From Octopus sinensis (lineage: Eukaryota), in NCBI RefSeq assembly GCF_006345805.1, contig NC_043020.1, forward strand, positions 28,458,001-28,522,000: DNA of 64,000 nt. The letters run 5' to 3'. The notes beneath the pieces were generated by a model, which saw nothing but the letters and a program-made list of their open reading frames with translations, did not search any database and had not been told where the DNA came from. The position numbers and the translations under genes are program-made. Positions 22,569 through 35,474 of this stretch are shown here, piece after piece (positions within the stretch are counted from its first letter, which is position 1; every line of letters begins with the position of its first letter).

Positions 22569-23029
22569 ACATATTTTATATGGACTTTCTACAATACTTA
22601 ATTGCCAGGCTAAGTTATTACCAAAGTTCATAATTATTAACATGCTTTCTATACTCAGATACAAATATTATGGCATCTTCTCTGAGGCTTTGGACTGGCA
22701 AAGATTCTAAAGCATTGGAAAAATGCTTCATGGCATTTCTTCCGGCTGAGTTCAAATACTCCCCAAGGTTGACTTTGCCTTTCTTCCTTTTGAGGGTCGA
22801 TAAAATAAATACCAGTCGAGTAGTGGAGAGTGTGTGTTTGATGATCAAGGAAATCTGGTTTGGAAAGTGATTCATCATAAGAAAATGTAGTAAAAGACCA
22901 GCTTCATTCAGCTTGAACATGGGTAAATATTCTTTTCTGCTCTGGGCACGAGGCCCAAAATTTTGGGGGAGGGGGCCAGTCAATTAGATTGGCCCCAGTA
23001 CACAACTGGTACTTAAATGATGATGATAT

Positions 23030-23121
<92 letters not shown>

Positions 23122-23324
23122 CTTTATTTTAAGCAGCAGAAAATTCAACAAAATCTGTTACTCTGAGTTTCTCGTTGCCGTTCAACTGTCTGATGAACGG
23201 CAACGAGAAACTCAGAGTAACAGATTTTGTTGAATTTTCTGCTGCTTAAAATAAAGCATATTACTCTACCACTGGTATTTGAGTACTCTTTTTTCCACCT
23301 TGTTTCACATTATGTGTTTACTCC

Positions 23325-23326
<2 letters not shown>
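23122..23326 (+). mobile_element. (TA)n-flanked element with a perfect 63-bp inverted repeat and hammerhead motif (family H2)
   Basis: 23122-23184 is the exact reverse complement of 23194-23256, with a 9-nt spacer. (TA)n lies on both sides. Confidence 0.85.
23186..23223 (+). ncRNA. Type I minimal hammerhead ribozyme motif with palindromic stem III
   Basis: CTGT-CTGATGA-A CG GCAA CG A-GAAA-CTC A GAG-TA-ACAG. Stem I CTGT/ACAG, GNRA-capped stem II, GUA triplet at 23217-23219. Confidence 0.75.
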
Positions 23327-23368
<42 letters not shown>

Positions 23369-23910
23369 CACACACACAATGCAGTTTATTATAAAAGATA
23401 TGTGAATGCCAATTGTAATATTTCTTCCTGTCTTTATAATTTGATGCACATACACACACATGCACACACACAGATATATAGAGAATGAAAAAGAAAGGAA
23501 AGTATGGAAACAAAAGTGTAGAATCTTCTATATTCAACATGAGAAACAAGCAATTCTGACAATGAAGAAATGTTTCTAAAATATGTAACATTCTTTTTTT
23601 CTGCAAGAAATAATTTTCTGATCATCAATTAATGATTGCTCAATTCATTCGTTTAGTTTGACATTCAGAAAAATCAAATATATTATAAAAGCCATTTATG
23701 TCCAAGATAAGATCTTCTGTGAACATGCTGTTTAAAAAAAATCAATATACATTAGCGGAAGAGGAAAAATCGTTCTGACAATGGTTAACAAGAACACCGG
23801 ATGCATTTTGGCCTTGTTGGTCTTTGTCGATGACGTGAACTTACAGCCAGTCACATGCCTAGATGAGATTTGGTACCTCCTGTATAGGAAACAGTGAGTT
23901 ATGCATTCAC

Positions 23911-24086
23911 TGGTATTGTGAATAGCTGTCCAGTTCAATAAATAATGCAATGTTCACAACTAAAGCAGTATTAGATCAAAATAGCCATCTATGTATCATA
24001 TTTAATGTATATACAGCAATAACAGACAGGTTACTGCAGTTTTTCTTTCCAAGATAATACCTATATGAATGTGTTGTGTATGCCAC
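23911..24086 (+). repeat. 176-bp direct duplicate of 12967-13142
   Basis: See 12967-13142. Confidence 0.9.
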
Positions 24087-24679
24087 CTGAGGCTATAGTA
24101 GAAGACACTTGCCCAAGGTACCACGCAGTGGGACTGAACCCAGAACCATGTGGTTGGTAAGCAAGCTACTTACCACACAGCCACTCCAGCTTATGTATTG
24201 TGTTCGTGTTTCTGTGTGAGTTCATTTGTGCATGCACTTAATAACTATAAGATGTGTGTGTGTGTGTGCGCACATGTGAGTGTGTTTATTTCTATATATG
24301 TGTTAGTGTTTGCTATTCACTGTGTGTATGTACTTTCATGAATAAGTGTCTCAGCCTTGTGGCTTTGTGTTCTTGGTTGTGAGTCAATGTTTATGTGTGC
24401 ATGTGTGTCATCCTGGTGCAAGTGAGGATCGTTTCCTCTCACCTTCCCTCAATTTCTCTCCTACAACCATCAATCTCCTTTTATGTTTTACTCTCTTTAC
24501 CTACGTCTAGCCATTGACCTATATCTCTCTCTCTCTCTCTTTCCTCTGTCTCCTTTCTTCTAACTACTACACTCAAGTAGGACAGTAAAGAAAGAAAGAT
24601 TTATACACATAAATACACAACAAAGTTTATTCTCAGATATATACTACATGATCAATCATATATATATGTATATATACAT

Positions 24680-24980
24680 ATATCATCATCATCATCATCA
24701 TCATTGTTTAACGTCTGCTTTCCATGCTAGCATGGGTTGGACGATTTGACTGAGGTCTGGCGAACCAGACGGCTGCACCAGGCTCCAATCTTGATCTGGC
24801 AGAGTTTCTACAGCTTGATGCCCTTCCTAACGCCAACCACTCCGAGAGTGTAGTGGGTGCTTTTTATGTGCCACCTGCACAGGAGCCAGTCCAGTGGCAC
24901 CGGCAATGACCTCACTCGAATGTTTTTTCACGTGCCACCAGCACAAGTGCCAGTAAGGTGACGCAGGTAACGATCACGCT
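24680..24980 (-). mobile_element. Short copy of the RTE LINE 3' end
   Basis: Reverse complement of the 3' UTR with (CAT)n. Confidence 0.85.
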
Positions 24981-25475
24981 CATTGCCTTACTACGATTAG
25001 ATTATTTCAATCAAATAGAAGCTAATTCTGTGCAGCAGTTTTATTAGTCCACTTTAGACATTTGCATGGAGTAATGCCCTTAATCTTGTAGCATTTAAAC
25101 CAGCCATATCCAACCCAAATATTCTACCTGTTTTATGTTTAAACTGACCAGGTCTGGTCTCCCAATATATTCTCTTATTCTTTTACTTCTTACAGTCATC
25201 TGACTGTGGCCATGCTGGAGCACAAACTTGATAATATTTACTAATGTATGTATGTATCTATGTAAGTCATTATTCCGTTTATTTCAAGACTTCTTACCAA
25301 TAGAGAAAGAACTGGTTTCTAACCTAGATCCAAGGCTCCTTCATTGGAATTTCAACATCAATAACAGGGTATTTTTGTTTGCATGTATGTATGTATATAT
25401 GTATGTGCAGATTTGTATGTTTTATGTATGTATTCCCATGCATATAGTCACATATCTAGACATGCTCATATATAT

Positions 25476-26610
25476 TTAAATGATAAACTTCTGGAAAGTT
25501 TTGCAGATTTTTACAGTTCCAGTGATGGATTGGATCTGTTGTCTTCGAATTGGCTTTCTCCTTTCTGGTTTTGAGAAGCCTAATTTCTCAAGATTGGTAT
25601 TTAGGCTGTGTGTTACACATCCCAGGGCCCCAGTAATTACAGGTATAAACCTGAACTTGTAATCTGGATAGAGTAGCTGCAGATTTCTCAATAGTTCAAC
25701 ATGAGTGTTCTCTTTTTCACTGATCTTCAGCTTTATGTTAACATCAGCTGAGCAGCTAATTTCCACAACTGTGCACGATTTTTTTTCTCTATCCCAAATC
25801 CTTATATCAGGTCTGTTGGGCTTACATTTTACTGAGGTCTTCACTGGGACATTCCACCAGTATTCCTTTTCATTATGAGTGGTTATGGCTTCTACCATAT
25901 TGTATGTTCTCAGTTCTTTGTCCTCAGGATTATCCTTCCGAAGGATCTCATTATAGAGTATCCTAGCTACAACGTCATGTCTCATAAGTAGATAATACCG
26001 TGATGACATTTTCGGACAACTGCTTATGATGTGCGTGCTGTCTTCAGTATGAAGTCCACAAAGTCTGCATCAGTTGTCACATTTTACGGCTTTTCCTGCA
26101 TCTCTATCCCTTTTGTGCATCAGGTAACTGATTGATATTTTCTGTTCCTGGATTGCAAACACATACCCTTCAAAGTGGGAGGTAGTAACCCGGCTATTCA
26201 TCCATGATAAACTGCTTTGATGATCAATGTTACTATCATCACGGAGCCTTCTACTAACATATCCATGAATAGTCTTCTGCTCATATAGGCTCATCCTTTC
26301 ATCTGATGATATGTTGCGGTAGAGTCGCGTGACTTATTTGGGCATGTATTCTAGGCTATCAGACAAAGATTGTTGCTCAAGGAGCTGCCTTCCAAGTCTT
26401 ATGATGTTATCAGCCTCATGTATGCAAACTTGGTCAAAGGATGCACTTTGACACTTGTTGGTTAAAAGATGTTGCTGAAGGGATATGACGCGACATTCAA
26501 AGGCATTTTGGATCGATGTTAAGCCTCTGTCACCTTGTTTTCGTTTTAGGTCTACATCACCGTTTATGTGGAAATTATGTGTGCTTGTTAGTATTTTTCA
26601 GGTTCTCACA
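25476..26610 (-). mobile_element. R4/Dong-type (RLE) non-LTR retrotransposon 3' fragment, decayed
   Basis: Thumb-like LKRKQGDRGL, SHFEGYVFAIQEQ, CCHC-type KCDN*CRLCGLHTEDSTHIISSC, RHD, PD..D...EIS restriction-like endonuclease core, and PVITGALG. In-frame TGA at about 26070. Confidence 0.85.
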
Positions 26611-26612
26611 TG

Positions 26613-26646
<34 letters not shown>

Positions 26647-27429
26647 TGTATGTATGTGTATGCAATACTATCATATCATCATCATTTAGCATCTGTTACC
26701 ATGATGGCATGTGTTGGACAGTTTGACAGGAGCTGGTCACCTGAAGAGCTGCCTGGGCTTCATACATACATACATACAAACATATATACACATATGTATG
26801 TATGTATGTGTGTGTATACATATATACATATATATATATACACACACACACACAAACACAAATATATATGCGTGTGTATATACAGATCTATTTAGTAAAA
26901 ATCACTGACATTTATGGAGTCATCAAAGAATGTACTCTAATGTTATTATTACCAAATTCTTTGAAAAAATCATGTTATCATTTAAAAAGCAATTCCATAT
27001 TTCTTATCTTTATTGATTACCTATTAACAGTGATAATTACAAAAATATAGATTTTAAATATTCTTTGTGTTTGAAGGCCAAAAACAGGATTCTTGTGAGA
27101 GAAGCGTGTGAATTGGTAGGAATTAAACATTTGGGAAGAATTTATTTCAGATAGGTATGGGCTAGAAGTTCGCTTTGCAATTAAATGGATTTTGCTTTGT
27201 TTGGTTTGGCACCTGAAGCAAGCATCTTCTTCTGTAGCCCTGTGCCAGCCGAAGCTTTGTCAGTGTATTTGATGAATGAGGGAAAACTGAAGAAGCTTGT
27301 CGTGTGTGTGTGTGTGTGTAGGTACATATGTGTGATTTTTCTTTGAGTTTTATCTAAGTTCTTCTTGAGAGAGTTCAAGCTGGTTGCTATGTATGTCATT
27401 ATTCAGTTTTATTTCAAGATTTGTATGCA

Positions 27430-27981
27430 TGCATGTATGTGTGTGTGTGTGTATGTATGTATGTGTATATATGTGTGTGTATGTGTGTATATGTATGTGT
27501 GTGTATGTATGTGTGTATATGTATGTGTGTGTATGTATGTGTGTGTATGTATGTGTGTGTGTATATGTATGTGTGTATATGTATGTGTGTATATGTATGT
27601 GTGTGTATGTATATATGTGTGTATATGTATGTGTGTATATGTATGTGTGTATGTATGTATGTGTGTATGTATGTGTGTGTGTATATGTGTGTGTGTATAT
27701 GTATGTGTGTATATGTATGTGTGTGTATGTATGTGTGTATATGTATGTGTGTGTATGTATGTATATGTGTATATGTATGTGTGTATATATATGTGTGTAT
27801 ATGTATGTGTGTATGTATGTGTGTATATGTATGTGTGTGTATGTATGTGTGTGTATGTATGTATGTGTGTGTATGTATGTGTGTATATGTATGTATGTGT
27901 GTATATGTATGTGTGTGTATGTATGTATGTGTGTATATGTATGTGTGTATATGTATGTGTGTGTATGTATGTATGTGTGTA
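27430..27981. repeat. About 550-bp compound (TG)n/(TA)n/(TATG)n microsatellite
   Basis: Direct reading; source of the C/V/Y/M pseudo-ORFs. Confidence 0.97.
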
Positions 27982-28949
27982 TCTTATACAGGGTTTACTA
28001 AAGGTAAGATAAGGTAGCCGTTGGATAAACTGTACGTGCTAATCGAGTCCAGTATTCCACGGGTCCCATTGATGCCAGATTAGTGAAGGTCGACCGAAGA
28101 ATACCATTTTGCTGCTATATTTTCCATTACCCACAGCATTTCTCCAAATATAATACGTTCACAATAAGTGCGAATTACAAAATCCCTTGTTTTTGTTTTC
28201 TTCTTAACTCCCACCTTGATTACCTTTCCAATACGTAGCATCACCTGCAGTTGTTTAGAATCATACAACGTGAAGCTGATTCTACGAGAGACCAAAATAC
28301 TTTTTAATCAATGATGTGAATTAACTTCAATTATTTATAAACACTGAATATTTGCTGATAGTTTAAAGTGGTTTCGATAGAGACTACGTGGTTTAAATAG
28401 TTGTTATTTAATTCTGATCGAGCAATCTAATCATCAAAGACATTCCAACTGAGACCATCCACTATTATTGTAATATAATGAAGATTGCATAATCCAATAT
28501 GTTCTTCCAATTTCCTTAAAGTCGGTAGAAATTTGATGTTGTTGTTGGTGGTATTGGTGATGGGAACGGAGATTTAGTTACTAGCGGGTCGAGCGACCAG
28601 GTAAGATGTTTTACCGGCTGTGACCATCATCAATTATTTCTAAGTGTATCGACCATATTATCCAATATGTCCTTACTTTTTTTTTTTTTTGATGGTAGAG
28701 TGTAATATGTTGTTGTTGTGGGTGGTGGAAATCGGGATTTGACTGCTCTTTCTAGTAGCTCGGACGGCAACATAAAAAGGCTAGCTAATTATTTAAATCA
28801 TGTTTATTATTTTTTTATTCTTTGCCCATTTTCAGAAGTATCTAAGAACAGAAAAAAAAGCTGTAAGTGGTATCTGCAAATATAGTGAAAAAAAAAAAGA
28901 AAACATCTATAAGTGAGTGCTTATAACGAATCAACCCCTTTAAGTGAAA

Positions 28950-29961
28950 CATCCACCTGTTTCCCGTGTTAATTGAATCAATGTCTGTCCGAGGAAGACA
29001 ACAACATCAAAGGAGTTATCTGCCCTTACTGTCAGCCTCGCTTGGAAATAAACACTGACAACGTTACACTCTGCTACTACACCCACCACTGCCACTCCAA
29101 CGCTAACCCTTACTCTCACCGTCTCCCCCGTTCGAAGCAGCAGCAGCTGCCCTACCTTTCCGCCTCCTTCACACTTGACACCGTCTCCGTTCAACCTGTG
29201 GCCGTTCTATCTTCCCTGTTGCTTCTATAAACCCCTAAAACCCTTCACCATACTGTCGACCAGGACAGCAAATGACCCAGCTGGTATTATCGGGGTCCGG
29301 ATTAACTAAATACCGTCGTTTGGTCCGGTAATGTTGTCGTTCGACGTCGCCTCGACGCTTCTTTCGCGTCTCGGTTCTGCTCCCTCATCCGCAGACTCCG
29401 ACATCACATCCCCTTCATCAGGCAGGTACTTCACACATTAGGCTCTTATTATCCCATTGCCTCTCTACACCCAACTTCCAGGTTGTCACCTAATCCCATT
29501 TACTCTAAGGTCACCGTGTCCACCGCAGTCTTTCCCCAGGTACCTGGACGTTTCCCAGAACCAACTCTCCTCACTCAAACCGTCTCCAGAAGGTGCCAAG
29601 CCATTTGCTGCTGACATTACATCTCCACCAAATAATTCTCTCGCAGGTTCTTGGCCATAAAGTCAACATCGCAATCCCAGACCAGATGGTTCCTCCTTTC
29701 CGACAGGTATCTGGTCAATATGTGACACTTCGCCCTCCACCGACCCAGTAGGTGTTCTTTTTAACCACCTCGGAGTAAGTGTCATTCATCTCCTGTCTGT
29801 CCCCAAGAAGTGTAATTCATATATGTATACCCTCACCACTAGAACCCACCTCCGTTCAGGTACTACGTTAGTACCGACTATGGATAAAATTACAGTCACG
29901 GAATCCTTCTGAATATACCAATAACCCCTTGAAACAGAAGACACCAATAATATTTCCAACC
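28950..29961 (+). promoter_or_regulatory. CpG-retaining promoter/5' leader region of TBC1D25 with several upstream ORFs
   Basis: Unique, C-rich sequence with many CpGs immediately upstream of the Kozak ACCATGG at 29962. TSS and UTR splicing are unknown. Confidence 0.55.
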
Positions 29962-30015
29962 ATGGCAGGATATTACGGTTTGGAAAACAAGGAAGTTATC
30001 CGGATCAAAGTAAAG
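29962..30015 (+). CDS. TBC1D25: TBC1 domain family member 25, coding exon 1
   Basis: ACCATGG start with an in-frame TAG upstream (29869-29871). Encodes MAGYYGLENKEVIRIKVK (cf. human REVVRVRVK). Donor AAG|GTAGGT, phase 0. Confidence 0.85.
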
Positions 30016-32399
30016 GTAGGTCAAGTATATGGAACTATATTATTATTTTTTTTTCTTCCTTGAAATGTCGAATTGTCTTGCATCATTCTGGCGTTGATAA
30101 AATAACAAAGTACTAATCAAATACTGATCGATTTAACTGACTATATTATTATTATTGTTGTTGTTGTGTTGGGTTGGCAGAATCTTTGAAATGCGAACAA
30201 AATGCTTTGAGGTATTTGGTTAAGTTATGAGTTCAAATCCTGCCGAGTTCAACTTCGCCTGTCATCCTTCCAGGAATCAATAAAGGAAGAACCTCTCAAT
30301 TACTGAGGACGGATGGGGATTCACTGTAATGGATTGTGTTTCCACCCCTTTCGACTCTCGGGCCTCGTACCTATGTTAGAAATTATTGTTATTTATTTTG
30401 AAGTGCGGGGGATAGCAGAATCGGGAAAGCAACATCAAGCAAGAATGATTCTTCGATATACGTAGCCACGTTTCTATATTTAAATCCTGAAAGACAAAAT
30501 TAACGCCGGCAAAATTTGGACTTGGAATATGACAAAGTGTCACAAAGTATCTTTGCTCGTTGCTCTACCAATTAATCACACTATTCTCTGTACTTTGCCG
30601 TATTATTCAGGTTCTGAGTTCAAAATCTGCCGGTGAATAATTTTCTCTTTGAAACCTTCTCCCAGCGACAAAATAAGTACTGTAGTCGACTATACCCGCC
30701 CCCACAGATTCTGTGGTCTTCTGTCTGTGTCATAAATCAATATTGTGTTGACTGAGACGTTGGGTTTCTTATAGTTTAGACTCTGGGTTCAAACCCAGCA
30801 GACCGTTGACATTTTACCTCTTTCTTTCCCTTTATTTTATTAGTTTGTCAAGGGCTCACCATATTCCTGGACCGATCCAATCTTCGCAAACCGTCTCTCA
30901 GAAATACTGATCTCGTTGCTCAACAGTTAAAGACATCGTCTTTATTATTTTAGTGTCGTTTGTCAAATTCATATTTGCTTTTAGTCAATTTCTGTTTTCG
31001 GTTTACAAAAACACACATGCCCCCCCCCCAGCCCTGGAGGTGTTGATTAGCTCTATGTTAGCCCTGACTGAGCAGACCTATGATGAAAGGAATTCCAGCC
31101 GTGACCACCCTGGTTATTTTTTTTCTCCCTGATGTAGCGTATCCTTACTTTATAGAGCGCAGTAGAGTCTGTAATTTGACGGAAATTATCTGTTATTTCT
31201 AGCTGGTTATATGTCTCTGAAAGGAAAAAAAAAACTCAGCTCGTTTGTCAATTAAGGAATTAATTACAGAACGTTTCGCTCAAACAAACGGACATAATGA
31301 CTAGAAACTGCTTGATAACAGGCTTCGTCGGTGCCATAGAACACCTTCATGTCAAGTCGACATCATTTTTTTTAATCATCACATTAAACTCGCTTCCCAG
31401 TACAAGAGTCTGTCGGAACTGAAAGATATTGGCTGTCTGTTGTTTCTTCCACGGCTTCAATTCCGATTCTTCCGACGTTTTCATTTATGTGTGTTGTTGT
31501 TTTACTTCATTTTTGCCATTAAATAATTCGGATTATCCAAACATGAGTCCGCCGCCTTAAACTATTTTAACCCACTACATTCTGATTTCAAATCCTTTCC
31601 GGTTAACTTGCCTTTCCTTTCCACGAAATCGATAAAAGTTCCAACCAGTGATACACGGAATAGATTCAGTCGGCTTCGTGTTCTTCCTCGACAACATTTT
31701 TATAGATTTAAAAGAAAATATTCTTTTAAAAAAATACTCAAAGTTCTTCATAGATGCCCATTTTAATTAAGTACAAGAACAATTTTCTTATAAAGAGGAG
31801 GATATGCAGCCAATTGAATGACATTCCTAGAATTTGTTTCATTTATTTTAGAGGAATACAGACGCCATGATAATCCTGGTGGCATTTGAACTAACATTAT
31901 CGTTTACCGTTTTGGTCATTTATGAACTTCACTGTTGGTTATTTGTATGGAGAGAAGCTGGGATTAAAGATTACTAGAATCTTAGTCCACTGATGAATTA
32001 ATTTTTTCATTCATATCAATGTTTTTCAGCCCAACCACTTCTCTTTCAAATTATTGCTGTATTTCATATGGTCCTCATACACCATTCGATTCTATAAGTT
32101 CTGCTTTTGTACTTGCACACAATATATACATGGGTGGTTTGGTATTCTGTGGGTATTTGTGTGTCTATACACACATCCATACACACACACACACTACACA
32201 ACACATTCTACTCATTGTCTAAGCAATTTTATATTATTTTGAAACCACTTGCACCCAAGTGTAAAGTTTCATTCAAGATGACATTGATCTCCTATCTCAG
32301 CTGTCCAAAACAAATGGTGTTATAAACCACTACACAAATATTCCTCTCGATTTAGGAATAACAACAGTTAAATATTCGGGTAAAAAAAAACCCAAAAAA

Positions 32400-33720
32400 G
32401 TGAGGTGATTTCCTGTAGATTTGGCCATGGTCTTCATACAGCTGTTTTCAGTCTTGAGAATAATACATTCTTTTTCAATGAAGGGATGAGGGACTATCTA
32501 GAAATTATAGCTACAGCCATGGGGACTAAGTTCACTCTAACATATGCAAACTTAAGTAATATGGTACTTGGAACAAAATCTGTAGCAAAAAGTAGAAGAA
32601 AATTACCATATTGATTTTAGAAGATATATAAAAGGACTCCTGGAAAGGTTGCTTGATGAGTGTTTTTATAATATGAACTAAATCTGTATTTAGTTTAAAA
32701 GAATTTTATGTTCTTCTGAATAATTTACATCAAACCCTGAAATTTACAAAGGTGATAAGTACTACAAAATTACTGTTTCTGGACACTATGTTGATTAAAA
32801 ATAACATCAACGTCACAATGGATATATATTACAAAGATATAGACATACACCAGTACCTGAACTTATGCCATATGGCACATACAAAATATATCTATTTTTA
32901 CTGTCTAGTAAGAAAAATCCATACTGTGTGATTGATGATCTAAATACAAGAAAAGAATGACTTGAATTCAAAAGATTTCTACTTAAACAAAAATTAGCAT
33001 CCCTCAGTTTTTCAAAAGGAATACATTTAGAACAAGTTGGAGGAACGCAAGATCTGGATAATAGCTTTTGTAATGACACATAAGCTATGTAATTCAAATA
33101 TCTTTTTACATTGCTAACATAAACGTGCTAGTTATCAAAGTAATTACTTAAAGGATTTAATTACCAATGGAATACTTCTTCAAAGCAAATTACAACCGGA
33201 AAACTTGAAACAATTGTTGACAAAGCAAAGTTTGATCTATATAACTCCAATAAAAATTTCACAGTATCTACGTAGCTAGACTGGAAATTCCTCTCAGGGT
33301 ATGCAAGTTCACCAGCAGCAAGTTAGGGACCATTATATCAGGCAGACAAGTCCTATTAAATGGTCATTGTGGTACGTGTCAGTTTATACATGCTGGTCAT
33401 TACATCAACTAAAAAATCTGAATACAAATATTGACAAATGCAACTGTAAAGTGCAAAAGCTGAAATCTGACTTACTGTATCAAATGCCCAAATTGTAAAG
33501 AAATACATATTGACTAGACTGGGAGTTTAGCTCTGTGCATGTGAGTTCACCAGCAGCAAATTATGGACCTTTATGTCAGACAAAATTTGGAAACCTGCTG
33601 CAATAAAAATTTTTAATAATCCCTCTTTTGGAACTGTGAATGAAATTGAATTAAAAGAAGGGTAAAAGAAAAGTATTTTACTGAAGTTCAAACCAGTTCT
33701 GAATGAATTTGAATTTAATT
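32400..33720 (+). mobile_element. Decayed Penelope-like element (RT + GIY-YIG)
   Basis: Broken frames give LENNTFFFNE..ATAMGTKFTLTYANL, NNLHQTLKFT...LFLD and DIYYKDIDIHQYLN...RKI, plus a YCIKCPNCKE..I...TG....VHQQQI GIY-YIG-like segment. Confidence 0.8.
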
Positions 33721-34070
33721 TGATCTCAAAATAACATTCACTAGAAATTTGTTGTAGTCCAGAAAGTATTTTATAGACTATCTTCCTTTAGCTATATATT
33801 CCTCCAGGTAATATCATATACAGTTACGATTGCCATGCCACTACCTGAAAATTAATGGTACTTGTGAAGAAAATAAGATGGAAAAATCTAGCTATGGTAG
33901 AACATGTTTCACTAATGTAATTGTCTCCACACAATTTTATAAAATACACACTGTGTGTGTATGCTTGTATATGAGCATGTAAATGTATGTGTATGCATAT
34001 ATGTACCTATATGTTTGTATAGTATGTGTATGTATAGTGTATATATATATATTTATTCATATGTGTGTGT

Positions 34071-34109
<39 letters not shown>

Positions 34110-34250
34110 AATAAAACATATCAGAAATGAAGCACACACTAAAATATAGAGCAATAATTATTACAACAAAAATTTTAACCATGAGCATAAAGCCTATGGC
34201 TTTGTGGATATGAAAGTTTTGGTAATTTTGTCCAAAATTTTAATTTGTGT

Positions 34251-34288
<38 letters not shown>

Positions 34289-34639
34289 TGTTTATGTGTA
34301 TATTTATGCATATATAAATGTACATGTGTCTTAGTAAACTATCTCCTTTCAATTTCTTTCCCAGCTATATTTAGCTGATACCTAACTTCTAGTTACACAA
34401 TACAATTTCCTGGCTTGTCTTTTAGCATTTATGGCTGTTGCTACTCTACCATTCCACCATCATATCATCTTGCATCTGGAGCCTTGCTGCAACCACACAG
34501 TCTGTGACTTGCAGCAAGTTACTTCATCAAAACTCCCAGATATTCTCTGTATTTTAGGTTTCAGCTCATGTATCGCCCCTATTTCTCTGAATCTATGTCT
34601 ACTAGTAACATCTTTCCTCTTCCATATTTTCCTTCGATC

Positions 34640-34855
34640 GTGGCCATTGCCAGCCTCACCTGGCACCTGTGCCAGTGGCATGTAAAAAGCACCCACTACA
34701 CTCATGGAGTGGTTGGCGTTAGGAAGGGAATCCAGGTGTAGAAACACTGCCAGATCAGACTGGAGCCTGTTGCAGCCTCCTGGCTTCCTAGACCCCGGTC
34801 GAACCGTCCGACCTGTGCTAGCATGGAAAGCGGACGCTAAACGATGATGATGATG
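34640..34855 (+). mobile_element. Short copy of the RTE LINE 3' end
   Basis: Same terminus and tail. Confidence 0.85.
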
Positions 34856-35474
34856 TCTCTGGATCTATCTAGCCCTAACTCTCACATCACTAATCTATGT
34901 TCAGTGGCACATTCATTGCCAAAGAAAGCATTGGTATTCACTGTCGTCTGTGTCTTTCATTTCCTGGTGACTGTGAGGTCTGTGTAAACTTGCATGTTTG
35001 CTTGGATTAGTAAATGACCAGGTGTCTGTTAAGTTTTCTGCTGTAAATGGTTACCATATTTCCCAGTATACTAGTTGACCAAGTATATAGTGTAAACATA
35101 CAAACTTGGTCATTATCTTTCCAAATCCTGCTGTATTTCACATGGAATTTTTGGTTGTCCAAAATCGTCTTTGTGTAAAAGTCAACCCACCTTTCTTTGG
35201 CAATAAATTTTGGTCTGCAAAATTCAGCTTATGAGCTGGAAAATATGGTAGATCCCTCTTCATTGTTTGTACGGCATCCATAACCTTCATGAATACTATA
35301 GTAGCCATGGTGCAACCCAGCATGTCTTTTACAGTCCCTAATAGTGGTAATGAGGTTCCCTATTTGTTACTGAGATAGTCTATAGGTATAGACAAAAGTA
35401 TAGAGTAGCCCATCAGATTAATGTAAAATTGTTTTTATTATAACTGAACATGAATATATATATATCTCAAATCG

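Noticed and set aside
23845-23879. 35-nt minus-strand segment with good acceptor and GTAAGT donor
   Set aside because: Only one open frame (RYQISSRHVTG), with no recognisable protein or partner exons. Could be a lncRNA exon but is unsupported.
27365-28017. Three ORFs of about 200 aa rich in C/V/Y/M
   Set aside because: Translations of a (TG)/(TA) microsatellite that lacks stop codons.
28080-28295. 71-aa minus-strand ORF suggesting a head-to-head gene with TBC1D25
   Set aside because: TTG start, no recognisable homology, and no consistent downstream exon chain found.
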